A stretch of 64,000 nt of DNA, from positions 1 through 64,000 of the IMG/VR virus record IMGVR_UViG_3300044656_000123, one strand, 5' to 3'. Numbering within the stretch: position 1 is the first letter of the stretch; the number at the start of each line of letters is the position of its first letter. The DNA comes from a virus (lineage: Duplodnaviria > Caudoviricetes). The position numbers and the translations under genes were made by a program. The notes under the pieces are model-generated. The model saw only the letters and a program-made list of their open reading frames with translations. It was not told the origin of the DNA and made no database searches. Shown one piece after another: positions 49,353 to 59,269 of this stretch.

Positions 49353-49386
49353 TGTTCACAGATCAAACACAGCAAGGAGCAAACCG

Positions 49387-49491
49387 ATGAAGCTAAGCCA
49401 TGAATACGTCATTATCTGCGTTGCCATTATGATCATTGTCCCACTTGTGTTTATAGGTCTGTACTATGGCCTGGTTACGCTTATCCCATAA
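49387..49491 (+). CDS. 34-aa single-TM peptide, not in the ORF track
   Basis: AAGGAG RBS; MKLSHEYVIICVAIMIIVPLVFIGLYYGLVTLIP. Confidence 0.55.
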   Translation: MKLSHEYVIICVAIMIIVPLVFIGLYYGLVTLIP

Positions 49492-49502
49492 GGAGCAACA
49501 AC

Positions 49503-50096
49503 ATGATCACACATAAAGAAATACGCACGTCAACCGGGCTTACGTGGGACATGCTAAAAGATCAAGTGCTAGCACTTGGCAGACTTTTTTGCTCAGGTGT
49601 CGATGTATATGACAAGGCTATTGACTTCTGTGAGTACATCATGACACTGATGCAATGCATGGAAAACCATGACTACGAGGTAGAAGCAGACAAGGCTTTT
49701 ATGTGGTTGTACGTGGCCTCACATCAATACTACGTTCGTCACAGTCTTTGCATTGTCGGATACAAGAAATTTATTGATCTACTAGTACACCGTGATTATA
49801 GTCCTTACCCCGGCGCGATAGTTCGAGATAATTTGTATTGGCTCTTTACGCAGAAATGTTTTGTCACTCCTACACACGGCGCGGTGTTGTGGAATCTGTA
49901 CTTGACGACAGGTACAGAGCAAGAAGCTAAGCCGAATCTTAGCGCTTACATGACGTTTGCATTTCTCTATAAGCATATGCCTGTATGGTATCGCAAAGAC
50001 TTGCCCCCTACTGAGACATGGAAAAGAGAAGCGATATTCATGGCCTTACCTGCCATACTTGGCACTGATTTTTGTGAGATTCAAAAATTGCCATAA
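49503..50096 (+). CDS. Hypothetical protein
   Basis: AAGGAG RBS. Confidence 0.6.
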   Translation: MITHKEIRTSTGLTWDMLKDQVLALGRLFCSGVDVYDKAIDFCEYIMTLMQCMENHDYEVEADKAFMWLYVASHQYYVRHSLCIVGYKKFIDLLVHRDYSPYPGAIVRDNLYWLFTQKCFVTPTHGAVLWNLYLTTGTEQEAKPNLSAYMTFAFLYKHMPVWYRKDLPPTETWKREAIFMALPAILGTDFCEIQKLP

Positions 50097-50103
50097 ATAC
50101 CAC

Positions 50104-50132
50104 TTGACACATGCGTAAAGAAATGTTATATT
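50104..50132 (+). promoter_or_regulatory. Class 1 promoter
   Basis: TTGACA CATGCGTAAAGAAATGT TATATT. Confidence 0.75.
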
Positions 50133-50174
50133 GAGACCACGACAACGAACACACAAAGTAAGGAGTTGAGACAC

Positions 50175-50834
50175 ATGGAGAACTGGACAAACATCAATGA
50201 TATTATTGCCAAGTACAAGACAAAGTACGCGCTAGAGCCAAAGACAGAAGAAAAATGGCGTGAGGCTACTACGATCTACGCGGGTCACTTCTTCATCTTT
50301 CAAGACGCCGCAAAATTAGGTGAGGGAGGCGGTAAATGGCACCTCTTACACGCAGACAAGCACGCTAACACTACCTATGTGTATGGAAGCTATAGCAAAG
50401 AAAAGGTTGAAGAAGTTGCCGCGTGGCTCACTGAGACCGGGCCATTTACACGTATCAGTGAAATTACTGAGAAGTGCAGGAAAGCAAACAATAATTACTT
50501 TGAGTCTAGAGGCGGATTTAAGCGCTATTCCGGTTTCCCGAACGAAGTTGTGTACGCTGGACGTTTCTTCATCGAGCGACTACGCCAAAATTTTCCGCTC
50601 AGTCATAGCCGTTCAGAGACCACGTATCGTATTCTCTGCGTTGACGACAACGGAAGCGAGGTCACGAAGCTCAGCGAACATTATAACCTTGACTCTTGCA
50701 AGCGTCACATTGCAAAAATCACACAGTACGCCGCGCCGCGTACGAAGCCAACTGAGTACGAAGAATATTGCAACCGCGTCAACGCTGCGCATGGCTTGCG
50801 TTTCGGTGTCATTGACATTGAAGTACAGGAGTAA
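50175..50834 (+). CDS. Hypothetical protein with internal duplication
   Basis: IYAGHFFIF and VYAGRFFIE repeated domain. Confidence 0.6.
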   Translation: MENWTNINDIIAKYKTKYALEPKTEEKWREATTIYAGHFFIFQDAAKLGEGGGKWHLLHADKHANTTYVYGSYSKEKVEEVAAWLTETGPFTRISEITEKCRKANNNYFESRGGFKRYSGFPNEVVYAGRFFIERLRQNFPLSHSRSETTYRILCVDDNGSEVTKLSEHYNLDSCKRHIAKITQYAAPRTKPTEYEEYCNRVNAAHGLRFGVIDIEVQE

Positions 50835-50837
50835 AAC

Positions 50838-51149
50838 ATGCAACTGACTGAAGAAGAAGCGCTTGCTATGTTCCTGATCTTAAAAGCGTGCATAGTAGAA
50901 AATAACGTAGAAGGTGCAAGGCATTACATGCGCCAATATAAAGGTAGCTTAAAAAATGTCATAACGTTCGCTTCCAAGCTGTATGATACGATGCCATACA
51001 ACTATAGCAAGCCGGAATTAATCGGCAAGGTCATAGCGACTATTCAAGTCATAGACCCGGAAACAGGTGAACCGCGTGAAAGCTGTGAATGCAGCATGTG
51101 TACAAACAACACGGAATTAAAAGTAAACGAAGCGCATACAGGAGAATAA
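50838..51149 (+). CDS. Hypothetical protein
   Basis: AGGAG RBS. Confidence 0.55.
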   Translation: MQLTEEEALAMFLILKACIVENNVEGARHYMRQYKGSLKNVITFASKLYDTMPYNYSKPELIGKVIATIQVIDPETGEPRESCECSMCTNNTELKVNEAHTGE

Positions 51150-51154
51150 AAATC

Positions 51155-51874
51155 ATGGGTTTCACTGAGCAACTTTGCGAAAATCTTAAAATTACAGAGA
51201 AAGAACGCGAAAAACGCGCAGAATTATCCGCGCTATTTCAAAACGCGGTCTCTGCACTGGACGTTGACACGAAATTTTACCATACTGACAAACAAGGCCC
51301 GATGAGTATAGACCTTGCACGCCGGGACAAATGGGCAACTGTGTACCGTATGACACTACACATGATCTGCGAAGGTGAATATGATGTCATCATAGGTATG
51401 CAGCAGGAAGAAGGTAAAACATACCTGATCGACCACACTGAGCCGCTTACAGTAGAGGCATGGGTATACATTTCTAAGTTCTTTACCATCGTTTACAACA
51501 CATGGCTAGCTGAGCAAGAAGCGGCGCGGGTTGTGCCTGTAGCCAAGTACCTAGCCAAGATTGCTGTACCAGAAACGCCGTACTATCATAATTGGATAGT
51601 ATCAGAATACGAAACTAAGGCATGGAGTAAAGCGCTTCCCGGCGTGACTAGCCTTGTCTCTACACTGGATGAAACAAGTTTTATGACTCTCTGTTTTGCC
51701 GCGCAAAACGATGCGTTTCTAGCCGATAAAACTGGCAGAGTACCGCAAGAAGGTAAGGCATTTCAGTACATGACCAAATTGTACTTGCAGTTTCACCGCA
51801 TACGCCTAGCTGAGAAGCACGCCGGGTTTAATGAAGCGTCAAAAATTTTTGACGCGATGATAACACTAGAGTAA
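51155..51874 (+). CDS. Hypothetical protein
   Basis: Start MGFTEQ with AGGAG RBS. Confidence 0.6.
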   Translation: MGFTEQLCENLKITEKEREKRAELSALFQNAVSALDVDTKFYHTDKQGPMSIDLARRDKWATVYRMTLHMICEGEYDVIIGMQQEEGKTYLIDHTEPLTVEAWVYISKFFTIVYNTWLAEQEAARVVPVAKYLAKIAVPETPYYHNWIVSEYETKAWSKALPGVTSLVSTLDETSFMTLCFAAQNDAFLADKTGRVPQEGKAFQYMTKLYLQFHRIRLAEKHAGFNEASKIFDAMITLE

Positions 51875-51958
51875 CAACCTTGCTCCTTACTGAAAACCCG
51901 TAACTTTAAAGTTACGGGTTTAATTTTTGCCAATTTTTAAAATTGCTATAAAACCCTA

Positions 51959-51987
51959 TTGACATATGCGTTATGGCATGTTATATT
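51959..51987 (+). promoter_or_regulatory. Class 1 promoter
   Basis: TTGACA TATGCGTTATGGCATGT TATATT. Confidence 0.8.
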
Positions 51988-52046
51988 TAGCACATCGAAG
52001 CGAACACAAAGAACTGAACGAAGTGACAAGTAAGGAGCATAAAACT

Positions 52047-52676
52047 ATGAACGGTTGGCCTGTAGCTTACGCGTACGAAGCAGACACGTGGTGCCCCAAC
52101 TGTCTGCCTGTCGAGGACAACGAGGAAAACAGTGACGTAATTGGTGCAATTTTTGAGCACGAAAGCAGTGAGTACGAACGTGGCTTGTACTGTAATGCCT
52201 GTCATGAAGAGATTTTCCCTGATCGTTGCCGTGTCACGCTAATTGACGATGATAGCAACTCTCTAGCCATGACGGTAGAGGTAGAGCGGCTTAGCAGTGA
52301 GCTAGACAATACTGAAGTGTGGACAGGCAAGGCGTACAGCGCAACTATCACCCTGATTGACTTTGGTGAATCAGAAACGTTTACATTCTATACCATGAGT
52401 AACTACGAACCTAGCTCAGAACGTGCATTAAACGATATTCGTGAAATGATGGCATACAGTGAGGACTACGCAACCGCGCTAGACCTGTACAAAGACTATT
52501 CCACGCAGACACGAAGCCCGAAAAGAGCGGTTAGTGAGGCTCTTGCCTTGTCTGCACGCTGGTATGAATCTGTCATGCTGCGTAATGCAATACGCGATTT
52601 CTTCAGCGACAACAACGGTAACAAGTGGTACAAGCATTTTGTAAACGGCGACTATAGCGGTGAAGAAGGTTATTAA
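52047..52676 (+). CDS. Hypothetical Zn-ribbon protein
   Basis: AYAYEADTWCPNC...CNAC; AGTAAGGAG RBS. Confidence 0.6.
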   Translation: MNGWPVAYAYEADTWCPNCLPVEDNEENSDVIGAIFEHESSEYERGLYCNACHEEIFPDRCRVTLIDDDSNSLAMTVEVERLSSELDNTEVWTGKAYSATITLIDFGESETFTFYTMSNYEPSSERALNDIREMMAYSEDYATALDLYKDYSTQTRSPKRAVSEALALSARWYESVMLRNAIRDFFSDNNGNKWYKHFVNGDYSGEEGY

Positions 52677-52979
52677 ATGCAATTGCTTAGATGGTTCTAC
52701 ATTGATGTGAACCGCGCTTCTTTCGGTAGTGAGCACACTGTCTTACTACCGAAAGACGGGCAAGTAGTATGCATCATGCAAGCTGAGAGACCGTATAGGA
52801 TAGCACTGCGTATCTTGTACGAAGAAAACGCAGAGATGCAAGAACGAACATTCTTTATGCTTGAAACTTTTCCGCAATACCACACAGGAAGCCCGGTAGA
52901 GCTTAAAGGCTTTACACACCTTGCAACCGTTCAACGCGGCGAACGCTCAGCATTTGACATCTTTGAAGTAATAAAGTAA
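52677..52979 (+). CDS. Conserved small phage protein (DUF7352-like)
   Basis: LPKDG.VV.I.Q...ERTF...TG...HLATVQ.....IFE pattern. Confidence 0.5.
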   Translation: MQLLRWFYIDVNRASFGSEHTVLLPKDGQVVCIMQAERPYRIALRILYEENAEMQERTFFMLETFPQYHTGSPVELKGFTHLATVQRGERSAFDIFEVIK

Positions 52980-53007
52980 AAGCATGCTTTTCATGCGATA
53001 AAGGGGG

Positions 53008-53616
53008 ATGAACATGGTAACAAGCAGAGTGCAGAAACTAAACCCATTACAGCAAGCGGTACTAAGTGATCTAGGGGTTTCATACCTTAGCAATCGCGGT
53101 ACAAGCGGCCTTACAGTATGGGGATTCATTCAGCGTAAAACGGTTATGATTCGTCTTGGCGTTATGACGTTTGAGGGTTGCGTTAAGGTACTACGAGAGT
53201 ACCGCGCCACCTACGAGACCAAAGTAAAAGAGCTAGCCGCGTACACGGATGAAGATGCTAAGATCGAGCGTGAACAGTATCAGCGTATCGTCAACGCGCT
53301 AGACATTGCAGTGGGTGACATCTTGATGGTTAAAACCATCGGGGCAACTGAGCAAGAAGCTATGTACACCGTATATATCCAGTATGCAACCGTAGACCAT
53401 GAACGGATTTTAATGGCAATCAAGGCACTCATACCAGATTATGACAGGATAGAGGCGTCACACTTCAGCGATGAATCTGGTATGAGTAGCGCAACATTCA
53501 ACGTGAAAGACCGCGCTATCTACGATGAAATAGAACTACTCTACGCACAAGGCGCTATAACATACGCTCAGCTATCAATGGGCCGCGCTAAGTACATGCA
53601 GGATGGAAGTTGTTAA
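53008..53616 (+). CDS. Hypothetical protein; C-terminal domain paralogous to 54299-54562
   Basis: YTVYIQYATVD...LLYA versus MTVTVQFKTID...LLYA. Confidence 0.6.
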   Translation: MNMVTSRVQKLNPLQQAVLSDLGVSYLSNRGTSGLTVWGFIQRKTVMIRLGVMTFEGCVKVLREYRATYETKVKELAAYTDEDAKIEREQYQRIVNALDIAVGDILMVKTIGATEQEAMYTVYIQYATVDHERILMAIKALIPDYDRIEASHFSDESGMSSATFNVKDRAIYDEIELLYAQGAITYAQLSMGRAKYMQDGSC

Positions 53617-53667
53617 CGTAAAGTAAAAGCATGCTTTTCATGCAGAAAGAATAGGAGAGCAAACGAT

Positions 53668-54258
53668 ATGGCAAAGATTGATTTTACATGGACAGATGGA
53701 CACAAGGACACTGTAGCCACCGGGACCGCTATGCTAGGGCAATTGCGCATAACAGCTCAGATTGTGTTTGATTATAACCATGACTGGCTTTGGCGCGGTA
53801 CTTTCACCGATCAGTACCAGAACGGCGCGGTAAAAAATCCACGTGCAAAACACGAACGCAACGTGTTTAAATACTTTGTGCCTACCAACACGGTACGCGA
53901 ACACTTGAAGAGCATGCTAGAGCAAGGTGTAGAGCTACGCGAAGCCCGTACTAAGGCTCTTGAATACGTCCGAGAGGATATGCGTATCACTGCGAGTCCA
54001 GAAGATAGCGGCTACTACGCCGTAGCCGTGATTGTAACCGTGTCTATCCTGGTTAAGCACGCGCAGGACGCTAACCAATGGGTAGACCTGGCAACCGATA
54101 GCCTCTATGGTATCGAAGGAAAGTATGCATACGTCAAGCCGCAGGATGACGAGTACATCAAAGAGGTTGTGCAGGAGTGTACAGACAACGCGCTCGTTAT
54201 GGCACATAGTACGGTAAAACAGATTAAAGAGGCGGACAACGGCATTTTCGAGAACTAG
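53668..54258 (+). CDS. Hypothetical protein, paralog of 54643-55335
   Basis: Shared KNP...YF.P.NTV...AR.KA...EDM...GY...GIE. Confidence 0.65.
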   Translation: MAKIDFTWTDGHKDTVATGTAMLGQLRITAQIVFDYNHDWLWRGTFTDQYQNGAVKNPRAKHERNVFKYFVPTNTVREHLKSMLEQGVELREARTKALEYVREDMRITASPEDSGYYAVAVIVTVSILVKHAQDANQWVDLATDSLYGIEGKYAYVKPQDDEYIKEVVQECTDNALVMAHSTVKQIKEADNGIFEN

Positions 54259-54298
54259 ACCATAAAAGCATGCTTTTCATGCAGTAAGGAGCAAGAAA

Positions 54299-54562
54299 AT
54301 GGTAAGTGTAGAAGAAAAAGATTTCATGACGGTCACGGTACAGTTTAAGACCATTGACTATCATCAAGTCATAGAGGATTTAACGAAGATTTTCCCCGGT
54401 TTTAGTGAGGTCGGAAGCGTTGGGTACACTGGTAACGGGATAAGTACCGCTACAGTAAAAACGGATTCTTGCACAGTCTTTAGCCGCTTGACACTGCTCT
54501 ATGCTCGTTCATGGTTAACTTTTGCCTCTATCTCTGTAGGTGAGTACAAAGAAGTACGCTAA
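54299..54562 (+). CDS. Hypothetical protein (paralogous domain)
   Basis: AGTAAGGAG RBS. Confidence 0.6.
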   Translation: MVSVEEKDFMTVTVQFKTIDYHQVIEDLTKIFPGFSEVGSVGYTGNGISTATVKTDSCTVFSRLTLLYARSWLTFASISVGEYKEVR

Positions 54563-54642
54563 CAACTAAAAGCATGCTTTTCCTATCAATAAGCATGCTT
54601 TTCTTAGCGCTTAGCGCTACTAGCACAGTAAGGAGTTACAAA

Positions 54643-55335
54643 ATGATCGTAGATTCTGCCAAGTGGCAAGAGACTAACAAGCATGATGTATACCTGTACC
54701 AGCAAGCACAGTTAGGGCCATTTATTATTGACATTAACGTAGGTCCTGATTTTACACACAATTGGATAGAGCTAAAAGGCACTGTACTCACTGAGCCGGA
54801 ACCGCATGCACTAAAAAACCCCTACTATACCGGGTGCCTGGGTGAGTATCCTTACTTCCTACCAGATAATACCGTAGCAAAATTGACAAAGTATTATATA
54901 GAGCAACGCGGCTATACGCCACAACGAGCACGCAACAAGGCATACAGTGACGTGGTAGAGGACATGGCTATTGCTCTAGCACCTGACCATGCAGGATATG
55001 AAGCTTTTTACATCCTGGCAACTGTACACATGCGCATAGAGGCCGGGGATAGTTCGGACCTCATTACACTAGCATCACGGTCTAGTATGGGCATTGAAAT
55101 CAAGACAAGTGCAACTGCATGGCGGGCGGAACGGGAAAGAAAGGTAAGAACTGCATCATACTCAGAACCGGAAAGGCACGTAGAAGAGACAAGACAAGCA
55201 TTAGCTGTGAAAGCAGAAAGAACTGCAAAGAGGGCAATACATGCGTCACTAGGAATAATCAGGCATATAAAGCGTGATGTGCCAACAAGTGCATTTACGG
55301 ATGTTGTGCGAGAAATCCAAGAAAACAAGAAATAG
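54643..55335 (+). CDS. Hypothetical protein, paralog of 53668-54258
   Basis: Start MIVDS with AGTAAGGAG RBS. Confidence 0.65.
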   Translation: MIVDSAKWQETNKHDVYLYQQAQLGPFIIDINVGPDFTHNWIELKGTVLTEPEPHALKNPYYTGCLGEYPYFLPDNTVAKLTKYYIEQRGYTPQRARNKAYSDVVEDMAIALAPDHAGYEAFYILATVHMRIEAGDSSDLITLASRSSMGIEIKTSATAWRAERERKVRTASYSEPERHVEETRQALAVKAERTAKRAIHASLGIIRHIKRDVPTSAFTDVVREIQENKK

Positions 55336-55423
55336 ATGCAACATGTGTCATAGTGTTAGAAAACGCATAACATGCAACGTGTGTCATAGTTCAGAATAGC
55401 GGTGAAAGATGCAACGTGTATCA
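55336..55423. repeat. Three copies of ATGCAACRTGTRTCA at 36-37 bp period
   Basis: Copies at 55336, 55372 and 55409. Confidence 0.8.
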
Positions 55424-55509
55424 CGCTCCTGATCTCACCAGAAAACCCGGCTCTAGTCACCAGCTAGAGCCGGGTTTTCTTTTACCATATAAAGAACATA
55501 AAACCATGC

Positions 55510-55538
55510 TTGACATATGCTATTTCATATGCGATACT
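55510..55538 (+). promoter_or_regulatory. Class 1-like promoter
   Basis: TTGACA TATGCTATTTCATATGC GATACT. Confidence 0.65.
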
Positions 55539-55588
55539 TGACAATACAACTTAATAAATTTTGACCGCTAAGTAAGGAGTAACAAAAC

Positions 55589-56569
55589 ATGGCTAACATC
55601 ATTGGTGCAACGTTCTATTTCGCCTCTACTCAAATTTGTTGTGATTGTGCAGAAAAGAGGCTATCTGATTATGGTCTAGCTTGTGATGAGATTAAAGAGG
55701 TACTAGGCTATCAATCGCGTAGCGTGTTTAGTCGTTTGTGGGATGAATGGCCTATCCGCTATGAACACGGTAAAGAGTACGGTGTCTATTTCTTAGAAGT
55801 TGACAACTATGTAGAGTACACCAGCTATAGAGGTAATGTGCAGTATTGGCTAGACATGTCTGCTTTTACTGAGCAAGATAATGATAGCCTTATCTATATC
55901 TCTACTGTTAACGGTGTGCCTACTGCGTCTAAAATCAACAATGGGGATAGCTACGTATTAACAGAACGCAGTCACTATGTAGAGAACAAAGACCGTGAAA
56001 CTATAACCCGCGTGCTTGCAAAGACTACTGCATTAACTGATCTAAGGGATATAGAGCAAATTACTGATGAGTACGATACTAGAGGCGAAATGTTGACGTG
56101 TGAATCATGTGATGCAATGATGATAGAGGAATACACGATTGATTGTTACAACTGTGATAAGACTATAGCGCATGGTCACACGGCTTATGATATTGAGTAC
56201 GGTAATTCACTGGACGATTACAACGGTATGCCGCGTGTAATGCGCTTGTGCCTACGCTGTGAGCTTAATAGGCGTCAAGCAATCGACAATGCTATCATGT
56301 CTGCATTGATGCAACAACACAAAGAAACCGGGTCTAGATGGTACGCTCTTTATACTGGTGACATTGCAAACAGGGGATTTTATGAAGTCTATGAAGAGGT
56401 AAAGCATAGTGAATCCCTGATCTTTGCTAAGCTGAATCAGAAAGTTAAGGCTATCATCGAAAAAGCGTACTACGATGAAACTACAGAGTCACTTGCTAAG
56501 TTTAAAGAAACCTGCACAAGCGCTATAGTTCGCTTAGACCGTAAATATGATTATGATTCTAGCTTTTAA
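55589..56569 (+). CDS. Hypothetical Cys-rich protein
   Basis: Several CxxC motifs; AGTAAGGAG RBS. Confidence 0.65.
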   Translation: MANIIGATFYFASTQICCDCAEKRLSDYGLACDEIKEVLGYQSRSVFSRLWDEWPIRYEHGKEYGVYFLEVDNYVEYTSYRGNVQYWLDMSAFTEQDNDSLIYISTVNGVPTASKINNGDSYVLTERSHYVENKDRETITRVLAKTTALTDLRDIEQITDEYDTRGEMLTCESCDAMMIEEYTIDCYNCDKTIAHGHTAYDIEYGNSLDDYNGMPRVMRLCLRCELNRRQAIDNAIMSALMQQHKETGSRWYALYTGDIANRGFYEVYEEVKHSESLIFAKLNQKVKAIIEKAYYDETTESLAKFKETCTSAIVRLDRKYDYDSSF

Positions 56570-56750
56570 CTCCTGATCAGTCACTAGGCACCCGGCTCTA
56601 GCTAGAGCCGGGTTTTTTTGTTCTCTGCACACCAGCTATGTCTGCACTCTATCAACTGATCAGGAGCAAACACACCAGCTATACCTGCACACCAGAAAAC
56701 CCGGCTCTAGCTGGTGACATAGTACCTAGTCATGGTATAGACCACTTGCT

Positions 56751-56994
56751 TGTAATTTTTCCCTTAGTTCTATAACTTCCCTATGGAAAGTGACTCATAA
56801 TCGCGTTTAAATGCGTTTCTGAGGGTGCAAAAGTCTAGCCATAGAATCACCCGTCTAAAGTCTGCAAGGGGCTTTCTCGTTAATCGGCTTTCTCGTTAAT
56901 CGTAGGCCCAAAGAGAGGCATTTCAGAAACGCTGGTGTATCTACACAGGGACCTCTAAAAACCCTCAGATTTCTATTTAAATGCGATTAAATAG
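56751..56994. repeat. 244-bp element, copy 1
   Basis: Matches 60105-60348; self-complementary ends. Confidence 0.9.
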
Positions 56995-57175
56995 CATTGT
57001 CGCATGTCTACTAGAATATGATAACCTGCACTCAAGACATTAGGCATTACAAGCATAACGGGTTTTATGGGTTTTCAAAAATTGCTGTAAAATCCGCTTG
57101 ACACATGCTAGTAGATATGCAATACTTGACAAAGATTCAACACACTAAACAACGTAAGGAGATGAGACAAGCGCT

Positions 57176-57571
57176 ATGCAACACAGAGAGAGGTATCCTA
57201 AAAACTGGGCAAAATTAGCGCTTGATTGCAAGGAAAAAGCGAACTGGACGTGTCAACATTGCGGCTTATACATCCCTAGAGAGGGTGTACAGATGGTTTC
57301 ACGTAAGGGGAAACCGTGGACTATGTATCTGTGTGCCGCACACATAGACCATGACACTGAAAATGAGAACCCGCGTCTACTTGCTCTATGTCTGATATGT
57401 CACGCTAAATACGACTATTCACAGGAGCAAATTAAGAGGCGTATCGAAGCTGAACAAAGACGACATGCTATTTTAATTGCACAAGCGGGTTACACACCAG
57501 CAAAGACACGTCTAGTCAACATTGAACGGTATAGGGCACATAAAAGAAGTAAGGAGTTGCAAACAGCATGA
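57176..57571 (+). CDS. HNH endonuclease-like protein
   Basis: YPKNW...CQHCG...AAHIDHD..N...LLALCLICHAKYD. Confidence 0.8.
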   Translation: MQHRERYPKNWAKLALDCKEKANWTCQHCGLYIPREGVQMVSRKGKPWTMYLCAAHIDHDTENENPRLLALCLICHAKYDYSQEQIKRRIEAEQRRHAILIAQAGYTPAKTRLVNIERYRAHKRSKELQTA

Positions 57572-58317
57572 ATTATGATGAGACGATTGCACATTATGAA
57601 GCAAGCATAAACCGTGTTCAGCGTGCATGTAACACTATTGCGTGTATGCTAGAACAAAGACACGGCTATATCAATGCTTGTCAAGATGATTGCTACTTAT
57701 CTTTGTTGAGACCGGATGAAAGTGTCATATACGTTGACACTGGTGTTTATATCTGGTTGGAAGATAAGCAGGAACAAAACATACAGCAAATTAAAAGTGA
57801 CCTTGCACAATGGAATAAAGTACTAAGCGTGTTAAAAGCGGAATTACGCGCTATCCATAGGAAAAATAAGGAGCAAGAAGCCAAGAAAAATGTACGTTGT
57901 TATACTTGCCTCAAAATGTACAGAACTGAGCAAGAAGGGGATAGTACAGACATCTATGTAGGCATGGATGTAAATATCTGCTTGCATCCTTGCTCAGATG
58001 GCAAGGAACATTATATCTGTTTTTCCTGCTATTGTGAGCTAGGCACAACTGAAGATTTTACGGTTATTCTACCTGTCTACTGTATAGCTATGCTGCACAA
58101 TTATCATAGCTATAAGTACCTTAAACCTATCTGGTGTGTTATCTACACAAGCACAAACATGCATGAAATAGAGAGGATACACCGTAAATTAGAGGATAAA
58201 GCCTATAGAGGCTTATGCGGTACTAGCTACGCGGATAGCCGCTTAAGGTCATACCGCCTATTAACGACAAACACCGTCAAGGCTAGCAAAGCCGGGTTAT
58301 GCATGACAGGAGTATAG
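57568..58317 (+). CDS. Hypothetical protein with Cys/His module
   Basis: CYTC...PCSDGKEHYICFSC. Confidence 0.6.
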   Translation: MNYDETIAHYEASINRVQRACNTIACMLEQRHGYINACQDDCYLSLLRPDESVIYVDTGVYIWLEDKQEQNIQQIKSDLAQWNKVLSVLKAELRAIHRKNKEQEAKKNVRCYTCLKMYRTEQEGDSTDIYVGMDVNICLHPCSDGKEHYICFSCYCELGTTEDFTVILPVYCIAMLHNYHSYKYLKPIWCVIYTSTNMHEIERIHRKLEDKAYRGLCGTSYADSRLRSYRLLTTNTVKASKAGLCMTGV

Positions 58318-58469
58318 AGCCGTGAAAATCTATGATGAATCTCTGTATTGTGCAGAGTGCGATACAGAGATCAGTACTGAGCAAGCGCTATTTTGTGACG
58401 GTCTTTGTGATGATTGCTATGAAGAGTGCGAAAAACTAAACACCAGCAAACAATAAGGAGAATAAGAGC

Positions 58470-59210
58470 ATGATTACCGATACACTTTATCAATCCGTTA
58501 ACACCGTTGTTTATGATGGCATGCCTACAGACGGCTATGACGGTCACTACAAAGAAATCGTCATAGCTGAACAATGGGGTTTTAGAGTTGTCTGGTGTAT
58601 GGAAGTTGCAAGCGATGGTACGCAGTATACACATCTCTACAGACTTGAAAAACTACGCAAGCTTACACCAGAACAAAAGGCTATGCTAGGTCCCTACGTT
58701 GCGTACGGTCTTTATGATGTTGAGTCTCGTTTGTGGCTAGGCATCACTGGCATTTACTATTCTAAGCAAGAAGCGCTAGACGCATTTAAGGAGAAAGTGT
58801 TTATAACTAACCATAATCGCGGCTTTACTGATCTTGCGTACGCGCTAGAGCAAGCGCTTGACGGTATACAGTTTTTTAGACAGGATACCTATTGTTACTG
58901 TCATGATTGCGCGTTGAAAGTGCTCTTTAATGGCTCTAGAGCACGTATGCTCTACAGTCTTAAGCATAATATATTCAAGGATATAGAGGGTTTTAGCTAT
59001 GGCCTCTATCATGAGTATAGCGCCTCACTTGCCGATACTCCAACCTATGAGAACGGTGTCAATTGCTCAGAATGTGGCAATAGCTTGCTAGAGCCTCTAG
59101 ACACTGATTATGATGAAGATATAGCCGTTACTGGCATAGACCCTGATCAGGACATGACAGGGAATTATGATGGCTCTATACCGTGTGACTTCGACGCGCA
59201 ATCAATGTAA
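58470..59210 (+). CDS. Hypothetical Zn-ribbon protein
   Basis: CHDC...CSECG; AAGGAG RBS. Confidence 0.6.
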   Translation: MITDTLYQSVNTVVYDGMPTDGYDGHYKEIVIAEQWGFRVVWCMEVASDGTQYTHLYRLEKLRKLTPEQKAMLGPYVAYGLYDVESRLWLGITGIYYSKQEALDAFKEKVFITNHNRGFTDLAYALEQALDGIQFFRQDTYCYCHDCALKVLFNGSRARMLYSLKHNIFKDIEGFSYGLYHEYSASLADTPTYENGVNCSECGNSLLEPLDTDYDEDIAVTGIDPDQDMTGNYDGSIPCDFDAQSM

Positions 59211-59269
59211 GTAGCTTGTCACCAGCTAGGCACCCGGCTCTAGCTGGTGACACATAAGGAGAATACAAC

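Larger units (their letters stand above)
52978..54602. repeat. Palindromic AAAAGCATGCTTTT boxes at successive gene junctions (52978, 53625, 54264, 54568, partial 54591)
   Basis: Exact 14-bp palindrome read from sequence. Confidence 0.85.

Noticed and set aside
55336-55423. CRISPR array
   Set aside because: Only three 15-19-bp repeats with ~17-21-bp intervening sequence, no hairpin repeat, and no cas genes in the window.
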